A stretch of DNA of 64,000 nt from a virus (lineage: Duplodnaviria; Caudoviricetes), in the IMG/VR virus record IMGVR_UViG_651703056_000001, positions 32,001 through 96,000 of that record. One strand, written 5' to 3'. Positions 56,301 through 64,000 of the stretch are shown here, one piece after another (position 1 is the first letter of the stretch; every line of letters starts with the position of its first letter). The notes below the pieces were generated by a model. That model searched no databases. It worked only from the letters and a program-made list of their open reading frames with translations, and had not been told where the DNA came from. Made by a program: the position numbers and the translations under genes.

Positions 56301-59300
56301 TTTCCACCTGTTAAACCATTACTCAAACCTGCAATTACATATCCACCTAATTCCTCGAACACACGAGATGGTGAGTGAATACCTAATGCTGATTTGAATC
56401 TTGTTACCATGTCATCTGCAAGTCTTTGTAGAGGGCTTGAAGCTGAACTCATGTTGTCACTAATACCCTTACCAATCTGAGCAGGGATTGTACTTGCAAT
56501 TCCATATAGTCCAGCAGTTCCAGCACGCAAAGCATGTTGCATAGCTGTTGACATATTATTAACTGCACTGACGGAACTAGCACCCATCTCTCGTATTTCA
56601 CGAACGACATTTTGTCTAGTCCATTCACCACGAGAAACAATATTTTGTGTTCCGCTATTCCAGCTACCAACCATTGAAGATGTAGTTTGACTTATTATAG
56701 ATGGCAATGTTTGTCTTACGGTATTCCAAATTCCAGTCAAAGATTGCACTACCGCAATAGATGTATTTTGATAGTTAATAAGTGAACTTGCATCAAACAC
56801 CATTTGTGCATTTGCTTGAGCTATCGCAGTCGCAACCATTCCTCCGAAACTAGAAAGTATTTCAGAAACTTCGTTCATTTTGGTTTGAACTTGACTTTTT
56901 AAGTTATCAAGAGAGCTAGTGTCTACATTTCCAATTCTTAAACTAGAAGATAGAACTCCTTTAATATACCCCATATCACCTGATAAAGCATTCTTCATTC
57001 TTGTTGATTGAGCAACAATTTCATCAACTCTTTTTGCAAAGTCTTCTGGCAAATCAAATGAACCTTTGACTGAAAATGAGATAGAGCCAGCTTTTGATTT
57101 TATATTATCAATTGCTGTTGAAGCTTCGCCAGCTCTCTTAGCAATATCTGCTAATTGTCCAGCTAAAGTTTGAACTAAAGGAGATTTTCCTAAAACATTT
57201 GTATCTAAGAGATTACCTGTTGCACCAGTTTGATTTTCTATAGATTCAATCAATCTGCTCAAAGCTCCAGATTTATCTTGAAGGTCTTCAACCGAAGTTT
57301 TAGCTTGACTCAAATTATCTAAGTCCACTGGTAAAACCGCTGTTTTAAAAGTTATAGGGGTTTCAGCTTTTTTAGTGATACTATTGATTGTTTCTGTAAC
57401 AGGGTTGAGTCCTAATGTATCACCTTGAGCTTTGACTGTTACAGTTGTCCCATCACTTTGTTTAAGTGTATCTGTTTTTTTCTGTGCCTCATCTACAGAA
57501 CTACTATCTACATTAACTTTTCCTTCTGTTGTTTGTCCAGCAGAATCGTGTAATTTATCTGAGGAATCTTTAGCTCCGTCAATTTTACCTTTAGCTTCAT
57601 CAGCTTTCTGCCCTGCTGTAGTAAATAAAGTATATTCCTGTCCATTTAGATTTACTTTGTAGGTAAATCCATCTACTTCATTACCAGTTTGAACAAGTTT
57701 ACCGCCTAATGCTTCAATCTCTTTGTTTGCTTCCACCATCCAAGTGTTTTGCTCACCTTTTTGATTTAAAGCAAATTGTAGCTTACCTTGCTTATCTATA
57801 ACTGTTTCAATATGGTCTCCAATATACCCGTATTGAGTAGATATTCCAGAAATCCATTGTTGTAGTGCACCTTGGTCATCTGGAGCTTGTTGTAATTTTT
57901 TAAAGTTGTCAGATAAGAATCCAGTTGCCATCTGTACTTTATCGAGAGAATTTCCTGTTGCATCAGCAGCACCTGATAACTCATACAAAATTCTGACATT
58001 ATTGTTTGCGTCTTTGAATCCAATAGACATAGCACCCGTTGTTTTATCTTTTACAACTTGAAGTTTATCTCCATATTTTTCCACCAAACCATTTAATTGG
58101 TCAAAATAAGATAATTTAGAACCATCGAGTAATTGAAAACTTTTAACAAACTTACCACTAGCATCAGTTGTTATAGAAAATTGACCCTGTAATTGATTGA
58201 GATTTTCTTGTAATCCATTGAATAAATTATTTTCAGTATTTGTATCAGTTGGATTTTTTGTCATCTCATCAATAGCTTTTTTTAATTCTCCTGCATGTTT
58301 ATCTACTTCTTCCTTATTTCCTTTTAAAGAGAAGATAAGTTGAGAGTTTACATCAGTCACTCCTTTTTTAGCATAAGACAACATTGTTTGAAGTATATTA
58401 AATGCTTCCTGAGACATATCGGGAAAGGCTTCCCTTAATTTATCTGCTGGCATATTTGCTAGAGCTGAAATCTCTGGAGCAGATTTACCATTCATCGCTT
58501 TATATGCTTCATATATTTCTGTTGTTTTATTTCGTATTTGGTCAGAAGCAATACCTGTTTTTGCAGATAATTCATTTATTCTTGCTGTAACATCAGCTGA
58601 GCTGTTAAATACATCGATATTCAACCCTTTTAAAGATGATAAGTATTCTAGTTTACTACTGACATCTTCCGACTCTCCATCTTTCAACCCTAAGAGTTCT
58701 TTTTGTGCATCTATAGCCTGATATGTTGAATTAGTCATATTGTCAACATCATCAGAATATGACGTTAAAGCATCTGATGCTATTTGAGCTTGAATTTTTT
58801 GATTACCTAATTCAGTACCAAGTTCCATAGTATATCTCTTGGCATCATTTGTTGAGAATCCTAGATTTTCTAGTTTGGTAATAAAATCAGCTGTATTAAA
58901 ATCTTTAGAATTAGAAGCCATCTCTGAAATAGCAGAGGATAACATTTTAATCTGTTCTGGTGCTTTTCCTGATTTTTTAGTCGCATCACTCATTGATGCA
59001 CCTACTCTATCAAGAAGTGCTACTGCCTTTTCGCCACCACTTCCACCTATGCTAGAAACCTGTTTGTAAGCCTCGGTAACTGCTGTACCAAATTCTTTAA
59101 CTTTACCTTTTAGATTTTCTTGAGACTTAGCGTAATCTTTTGATAATTCTTTACTATCAACAGAATATTGGTTTATCTTAGCAAAGGAATCAATCATTCC
59201 TTTTCCTGCTTCCGATACTCCTTTCATAGCCCCTTTTGATGTTAACCAAGCTTGTGTGTTTTCAGATATTTTTGTTGCATTATCTGCTAATTGTTTTGAT

Positions 59301-62300
59301 ATTTTACTTTTAGACTCGGTTATTTCCAAATCCATAGTTTTTATTTGATTTGGAATTTGTCCACTTCTATCATCACCGCTATCTAATACTTTTTGAAGAG
59401 TCTTTATTTCTTTACTATAGTATTGTATGTTTTCGTATTCTTTTTTATACTTAGCTTCTCTCTTAGACATATCGTCAGAAAACTTCTTATCATTTTCTTT
59501 TAATCTTTCAGCGTTTAATTCTGATGTAGCCTTAGCTTCTTTTTTAATAGCTTCTGTTGTCTTTAAATGTGCTTTACCATTGGCATCTGTATATGCTATT
59601 GCATTTGGCAAAATGTTGGCAAGTTCTTTTACAGTATTATTGTATTCTTCTTCTTGCTTAGAATCTAACTTGCCAGATTCTTTAGCTTTATTTAATTTGT
59701 CATATTTAGCAATGATGTCATCAAAATTATTTCCATATTTATTAAATTGTTCAATGGATTTATCTACGTTTGAGTTGTATTTATTTATTAAGTCTTCTTG
59801 ATGTTTTTTGGCTTTAATTATCTTTTCTGTAACAAACCCAACCGCAGCCATAAGAGCTGTTAAACCTAGCGTTACACCTGCTGTAGATGTTGCAAATGTC
59901 AACATTGCAGAACCAACACCCTTAAGAGTTGCTTTGGTTGCCATCAGTGATGTCGATAAGAATCCTTGTGCAGTACCAAGTCCTTTCGTTTCTGTATGAG
60001 CTTTTTTCATTTCAGTAACTGTTTTGCTGAATGAGCTATCGAAGCTTTCAAAGATTTTTGTAAAACCTAGTTTTTCCGACATTCCCATAGCTAATAATTG
60101 TACTTCATCACTAAGATACCTAAGAGAATTTTTTGAATCAATACTTTTCTTAGCTACATTGGAAAGACTCTTGCTGAGTCCTCCAAAAGTAGAACCTAAC
60201 AATGTGACAGTTCCAAGCATTGCTGGTAATGCACCAATATTACCAACTAATTTAACTGCGACATCTCCTAGTTTTGCTAGAGAGTCTATTCCTACCATCA
60301 TTCCATCAGACAAGAATGCTTTCCCAATAGCTAATGCCAATTCAGTAAAGCGAGTTTTTAATGCATTTATTTTCGCTTCGAAAGATTGCATGTAAACTCC
60401 TTGTTCTTTCATTGCTGAATTACTAGAATTTAAACCTGCATTTGTTGCATCTAACCCCATTTGCCAGTTGTTCATATATGCTAAGAAGCGTGACAGTTGA
60501 TTACGACCTGCAATTGTTACACCAATGTTTTGTTGTTGTTCTTCTGTAAGACCACTCCATTTGCCAGCCAATTCACCAAGGATATCATTGACAGGTTTCA
60601 TTTCTACTCCATTCTCACCAATTTTTCGAACAGAGACTCCTACTGAATCTAAAATGTCAATAGAGGGTTGCATTGTTGTTATGCGTGAATAGATTGTTTT
60701 TAAAGAGTTACCAATTATAGCACCAGATTCTTGAGTAACTGCACCGATTGCAGTTGTTGCACCTGCAACTTCTTCCATAGAAACCCCAAATGTTTTAGCT
60801 GTTCCTCCTGCTTTTGATAGAGATTCGGCAAGTTGTTTGGTTGAGATTGAGTAGTTATTGTCTATTTCATTTAATGCATCCACAATATGAAGAGAATCTC
60901 CCGCAGATATGTTGAAAGCATTCATCGTTCCGACTAAACTAGAAACCGATTCATCAAGATTCAAATCTGAAACATTAGACATAATTACAGCTGTCTTTGT
61001 TGCAGTTAATAATTGTTGTTCTGATAAATCACCAAAAGTTCGAGAATACTCACCCAATGCATCCAAAATATCATGAACGTTATTCCCCAACTCTTTAGAC
61101 TGCGTTATAGCACCAGTTAGAAGATTATCTGTATTGATTCCTGCACCAGCAACACGTTGGATTTCAATCATTTGTTTATCGATTTCCATTATCTCACTAC
61201 TAATACCCTTAAACCCATTAACAACAGCATATACCCCTTGCATAGATAAGATATAGCCAGGGATGCGCTTCATTGCAATTCCCATTTGTTCCATAAATCC
61301 TAATGATTTATTTTCATTATCTACAATGGCTTTACCAGTCTCTTTGACAGCCATTTGTGTAGCTGTTGTAGATTTATTTATCTGGAATGTGTATGCTTCA
61401 ACTGTTTTACCAGTCCCAGCCATTTTAACTTTTACTTCATTTACAGCTTGTCCAAATTGATTTGTTTTTTCTGTTACCGAAATAGTGTTGACTTCGCCTT
61501 GTTTTAATTCTCCAAAATATCTCTTTAAAGCAGAAGTGTCAACTGTTCCACCATTTAAAGCCCCAAAAATTCCACTTTGAATATTCTTTAGTTTAGGGTC
61601 ACTAGCACTAGCACTTATCAATTCAAAGTTACGAATCATATCTTTTTGGTCACGTTTTGCTTCATCTAATTCTAGTGATAAAGTCCGACCTAGTTGTTTT
61701 ACTGCTTCAATAGAAGTTTGCGATGCTTTACCTAATTGGTCAATAGCACTGCTTGCTTCTCCATCACCATATTTTCCGATATCTTTTAAGCTTTGAATTA
61801 ATTTCTCTACAGCACGTTGCTGTTGAGCCATACTAATAACTGCACTTGAATTACTAGAAGCCATTTGAATTTCTTTAAGAGAAAGTTGTGCTGTTTTTAA
61901 CCTCATAATAGATTCTGTTAAATCTTTTACGCTATTAGATTGGTTCTTAGTTGCATTTATTTGAGCAAGAATATCGCTAGTTCGACTCATTGCTTGTTGT
62001 TGATTTGCACCACCAGACATATTGTTTCTGATGCGATTATATTGTGCTTCTGTTTCCTGCAATGATTTAATGAGTTTTTCACGAGTTCTGAATACTTGTT
62101 CGTCACTCTTATATTGTGCTTGCAATGCTTTTAATCTTGAAGATGTCGCATCTAACTGGTGTGAATCCATATTGTTTAGATTTGCACCCAACTTCTTAAT
62201 TTCTGCCGACGCTTTAGAAACATCTGGAATCATTGAAGATATTGTTTGGTTCAAGTTTCTTTGTAATGCTTCACGTTTTTGTTGTGCAACTACAAGTTCT

Positions 62301-63202
62301 TTTTCAGCTCTAATAGCTTTATTAAGTGTTTCAATTTCACCAGTGGAGATAAATTTTTGGTCTTTAAGTTTGTTGAACATCTCAACGGAATTAGAGTCTT
62401 TGAGGTTTGTTTTCAAGACTTTAACAGTTTCACTGAGAGATTCCATTTGTCTACGAGCTTTATTTGTTTGAGCTTCCATCTTATTGACTTCTGACTCTTT
62501 CATCAACTCAAACCCACCAGTATCTTTGAGTTTAAACATAGCTGTATACATTTCGCCAGTTTCTTTTTTAACTGTCGCTGACATTGTTTCTACATTTGTT
62601 GTATAATCACGAAATACTTTAGTTGAAAACTCTCCACCACCAAAAGCTTCTGTCATGTATCTTTTAACGTCTGTAAGGTTGTTTTTGATATTGGCTGTAG
62701 TCTTATCACTCATGATATTGCCAGCTTCACTATCAGAAACCTCTTTTACTTTTTTAAGAGCTGTTGAATAGTCTTTTTCAAAATCATTAATAATCTTTTT
62801 GATTTTACCAAGTTCACCTGCAATACGAAGAGCAGAGCCATTGACGTCAACATCAACATCTAACTTGATAGGTCTAATGCTAGGAGACTTTTGAATCTTT
62901 GCTTGAATTTGTTGAATTTGATTACTTAGGTTTTTAATAGAACTATCAATAGTAACATCTAGTTTGATAGCATTTTGAATTGAAGAAGAAGTATTAATTT
63001 TGTTTTGTAGTTCTTTAAGTTTAGCATTTATATCTTTGATATTATCTGTTAATTCTACACCAATTTTAATAGAGAGGTCTTTATTTCCATTGATTAAAGA
63101 CTGCAATCCTTTTTTGATTTCTTCTGCCGAACGTTGTTTGTCTATACCAACAGCAATATCTATTTTGTTGGATTTTAATATTGCTTGTAATTGATTTGCC
63201 AA
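53372..63202 (-). CDS. Tape measure protein with lytic transglycosylase and LysM domains
   Basis: 3276 aa; TP901-type TMP core (GNSLKTI), GIHSPSR, ESGGNP..GLMQ SLT, HTVVNGDTLW LysM. Confidence 0.93.
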   Translation of the reverse strand: MANQLQAILKSNKIDIAVGIDKQRSAEEIKKGLQSLINGNKDLSIKIGVELTDNIKDINAKLKELQNKINTSSSIQNAIKLDVTIDSSIKNLSNQIQQIQAKIQKSPSIRPIKLDVDVDVNGSALRIAGELGKIKKIINDFEKDYSTALKKVKEVSDSEAGNIMSDKTTANIKNNLTDVKRYMTEAFGGGEFSTKVFRDYTTNVETMSATVKKETGEMYTAMFKLKDTGGFELMKESEVNKMEAQTNKARRQMESLSETVKVLKTNLKDSNSVEMFNKLKDQKFISTGEIETLNKAIRAEKELVVAQQKREALQRNLNQTISSMIPDVSKASAEIKKLGANLNNMDSHQLDATSSRLKALQAQYKSDEQVFRTREKLIKSLQETEAQYNRIRNNMSGGANQQQAMSRTSDILAQINATKNQSNSVKDLTESIMRLKTAQLSLKEIQMASSNSSAVISMAQQQRAVEKLIQSLKDIGKYGDGEASSAIDQLGKASQTSIEAVKQLGRTLSLELDEAKRDQKDMIRNFELISASASDPKLKNIQSGIFGALNGGTVDTSALKRYFGELKQGEVNTISVTEKTNQFGQAVNEVKVKMAGTGKTVEAYTFQINKSTTATQMAVKETGKAIVDNENKSLGFMEQMGIAMKRIPGYILSMQGVYAVVNGFKGISSEIMEIDKQMIEIQRVAGAGINTDNLLTGAITQSKELGNNVHDILDALGEYSRTFGDLSEQQLLTATKTAVIMSNVSDLNLDESVSSLVGTMNAFNISAGDSLHIVDALNEIDNNYSISTKQLAESLSKAGGTAKTFGVSMEEVAGATTAIGAVTQESGAIIGNSLKTIYSRITTMQPSIDILDSVGVSVRKIGENGVEMKPVNDILGELAGKWSGLTEEQQQNIGVTIAGRNQLSRFLAYMNNWQMGLDATNAGLNSSNSAMKEQGVYMQSFEAKINALKTRFTELALAIGKAFLSDGMMVGIDSLAKLGDVAVKLVGNIGALPAMLGTVTLLGSTFGGLSKSLSNVAKKSIDSKNSLRYLSDEVQLLAMGMSEKLGFTKIFESFDSSFSKTVTEMKKAHTETKGLGTAQGFLSTSLMATKATLKGVGSAMLTFATSTAGVTLGLTALMAAVGFVTEKIIKAKKHQEDLINKYNSNVDKSIEQFNKYGNNFDDIIAKYDKLNKAKESGKLDSKQEEEYNNTVKELANILPNAIAYTDANGKAHLKTTEAIKKEAKATSELNAERLKENDKKFSDDMSKREAKYKKEYENIQYYSKEIKTLQKVLDSGDDRSGQIPNQIKTMDLEITESKSKISKQLADNATKISENTQAWLTSKGAMKGVSEAGKGMIDSFAKINQYSVDSKELSKDYAKSQENLKGKVKEFGTAVTEAYKQVSSIGGSGGEKAVALLDRVGASMSDATKKSGKAPEQIKMLSSAISEMASNSKDFNTADFITKLENLGFSTNDAKRYTMELGTELGNQKIQAQIASDALTSYSDDVDNMTNSTYQAIDAQKELLGLKDGESEDVSSKLEYLSSLKGLNIDVFNSSADVTARINELSAKTGIASDQIRNKTTEIYEAYKAMNGKSAPEISALANMPADKLREAFPDMSQEAFNILQTMLSYAKKGVTDVNSQLIFSLKGNKEEVDKHAGELKKAIDEMTKNPTDTNTENNLFNGLQENLNQLQGQFSITTDASGKFVKSFQLLDGSKLSYFDQLNGLVEKYGDKLQVVKDKTTGAMSIGFKDANNNVRILYELSGAADATGNSLDKVQMATGFLSDNFKKLQQAPDDQGALQQWISGISTQYGYIGDHIETVIDKQGKLQFALNQKGEQNTWMVEANKEIEALGGKLVQTGNEVDGFTYKVNLNGQEYTLFTTAGQKADEAKGKIDGAKDSSDKLHDSAGQTTEGKVNVDSSSVDEAQKKTDTLKQSDGTTVTVKAQGDTLGLNPVTETINSITKKAETPITFKTAVLPVDLDNLSQAKTSVEDLQDKSGALSRLIESIENQTGATGNLLDTNVLGKSPLVQTLAGQLADIAKRAGEASTAIDNIKSKAGSISFSVKGSFDLPEDFAKRVDEIVAQSTRMKNALSGDMGYIKGVLSSSLRIGNVDTSSLDNLKSQVQTKMNEVSEILSSFGGMVATAIAQANAQMVFDASSLINYQNTSIAVVQSLTGIWNTVRQTLPSIISQTTSSMVGSWNSGTQNIVSRGEWTRQNVVREIREMGASSVSAVNNMSTAMQHALRAGTAGLYGIASTIPAQIGKGISDNMSSASSPLQRLADDMVTRFKSALGIHSPSRVFEELGGYVIAGLSNGLTGGNLKELGKEVFKDFGGGVFDTLDKIKAYVSGDFSALAGAFGGGGGGVAGAGVQQWTGVASQALMMTGQFTPQNLQALLYQMQTESGGNPMAINGWDVNAVNGTPSKGLMQVIDPTFQANKMPGYNNIYSPLDNILASIRYALGRYGSLVNAYSGHGYYNGGFVDTPELAWHGEEGEEAIIPLIPQRRDRGIDLWLQTAQKLGLGSLFGIRGTNGMGALGGGFAGSEGESGSGSSGEGGAGTYVPSITPAIQTMQEFIPVFGESAGNSLDALYHRDTAGLTIDQTQTKIDKSESVLKRLIENTVAYRNQLLGIQNLNKSLLNQQQAQYQAMIRRQNAIAKELEGLRHTNKHTEAQRKRYNELQQEYDTNSGNLWKLETQIENLNNEIRQSDIDIYLDYIADIGNNWDKTIGSIQKAKDALNFKNEKLQYTNPNDVGQQLKIQYDMIEQQQKLELTYKNQVAKYQAEYNNASKKYGASSKQAIEMQKMLEEAQKNYNSAVLDTLKEQKAVADAREKVAQDEVSSLKNYYKQMQTLSKQSTEKELENLKTTHDAKIKSYDDEISKINEVYDAKVKERDSEKAEETYAKKIEDFNAKRADFMQKISLASRDNSLEGKKALADLQKQLTDLNKDITDAQLERQDTLWKEQLDKQKQEQLDQVNKNKDNENTNYDNNVSEINDKSKQIQDYYDKLISDDTSWKNAVDKWNAGDTNVLTQMMNDMQDELSELMSGNGKGIMGTENLSPDDIKSIVGDNLTDVSNIWLSIKDQLTELNSINKNLNDLNASQQKGNNVNNPNYTTGATSSFIAHRDVNPYLPPEPKPASRPARQTGVKATHTVVNGDTLWDLAKKYYGNYYQWTKIQKANGGIDPYRVPIGRKLLIPFDTGGYTGDWFGNQGKVAMLHKKEMVLNKNQTSDILKTVSIVDKTKNQLNDFIKSIQASKSGNSLVVGDMQFNFENYRGDKEGAVRFADEVMDRLKSRR

Positions 63203-63219
63203 GTTTCACTCTCCTTTTA

Positions 63220-63999
63220 TTAAAATAATGCGTCTATCTCATCTTCATCATCTCTTACGATATATATTTCTGTTGTGCTAGACGAATTATGTCCTAGTAA
63301 TTGCTGAACAGCTTTGATGTCTTTTCCATCTTCAACAACACTATTAGTTGCCCTAGAGCTTCTAAGTAAGTGAGGATGAACTTTTTTACCGAGGAATTTA
63401 CCCCATTGTGTACACCAAGCGTTAAACATGTCTGGTGAAATTTGTTTATATTCACCTGTTTCTTTAGAACGAGAAACGAACATGTATTCACAATCATCTT
63501 CTCCACGTTCCTCAATCCATTTTTGAAGAGCAACCATAGCATCTTCACCGAATTGGAATTTTCTTATTTTTCCTGTCTTACCACGACCCTTAGCACGTAT
63601 GCTGTGGGTCATATAATAGTTTTTCTCGACCCCTTTAGGATTGACATACTTACTGTATCCAACTACTTCTTTTTTAAGCTGACGTGACTCTTCTCGTCTA
63701 CAGCCAGTTTGATAAGTGTAAGTAAGATAGGCTAGTTGTTGCCATCTTTTATTATCCATTAAATGTTGAGTTAATTTTTTAATCTCAGCACTTGTTAATG
63801 GAACTTTTTCTTTCTTCTTCTGATTACCAACATTGGGAACAGCCTTTGTAAATATGTTCCGTACATTAGGATACTCATCAGACCAGAATGCTTCGATGTG
63901 TAAATAGAATGCACTCACAACACTTCGTTTAAATTTAATAGCTGAATCACTAAGACCAATGTCTACTAATTTATTTTGATATCGCATTGCATCACGAAT
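63220..63999 (-). CDS. Tyrosine recombinase (runs off right edge)
   Basis: TGCR, KG, HPHLLR, LLGH...TTEIY catalytic residues. Confidence 0.92.
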   Translation of the reverse strand: MRDAMRYQNKLVDIGLSDSAIKFKRSVVSAFYLHIEAFWSDEYPNVRNIFTKAVPNVGNQKKKEKVPLTSAEIKKLTQHLMDNKRWQQLAYLTYTYQTGCRREESRQLKKEVVGYSKYVNPKGVEKNYYMTHSIRAKGRGKTGKIRKFQFGEDAMVALQKWIEERGEDDCEYMFVSRSKETGEYKQISPDMFNAWCTQWGKFLGKKVHPHLLRSSRATNSVVEDGKDIKAVQQLLGHNSSSTTEIYIVRDDEDEIDALF

Positions 64000-64000
64000 T

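Noticed and set aside
53551-63194. Many + strand ORFs opposite the tape measure gene (and similar ones opposite other long genes)
   Set aside because: Antisense shadows of codon bias with no RBS or promoter support.
43258-64000. Genome-wide TAG recoding suggested by the CUA tRNA
   Set aside because: Very long late genes (1908 and 3276 aa) are uninterrupted under the standard code.

Overview
A 64-kb AT-rich segment of a large lytic-type siphophage of Firmicutes, most consistent with a Lactococcus 949-group phage (inferred from gene content, P335-type lactococcal small genes and a 3276-aa tape measure). The + strand (1-43242) carries replication genes (helicase end, primase, RecJ, GyrB/GyrA, intein-containing DnaE), many small genes each behind near-consensus sigma70 promoters, and nucleotide metabolism genes. 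These include nrdD split by both a group I intron and an intein, nrdG, nrdH, nrdI, an NrdE-TrxB chimera, gmk, dut, a deoxyribosyltransferase and pnuC. The - strand (43258-64000) carries RuvC, holin, receptor-binding/baseplate, Tal, Dit, tape measure and a tyrosine recombinase. The least explained part is 8.2-18.3 kb. It holds six conventional tRNAs mixed with about nine tRNA-like RNAs that keep acceptor and (mostly) T arms but have deleted, expanded or amber anticodon arms, plus several structured RNAs. It also holds a solo TnpB whose guide is a phage promoter, and a promoter-to-terminator unit encoding a small membrane peptide, a coiled-coil protein and a ~360-nt ornate RNA with a heptamer repeat tract. 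All structures and motifs were read by eye; no searches were run.
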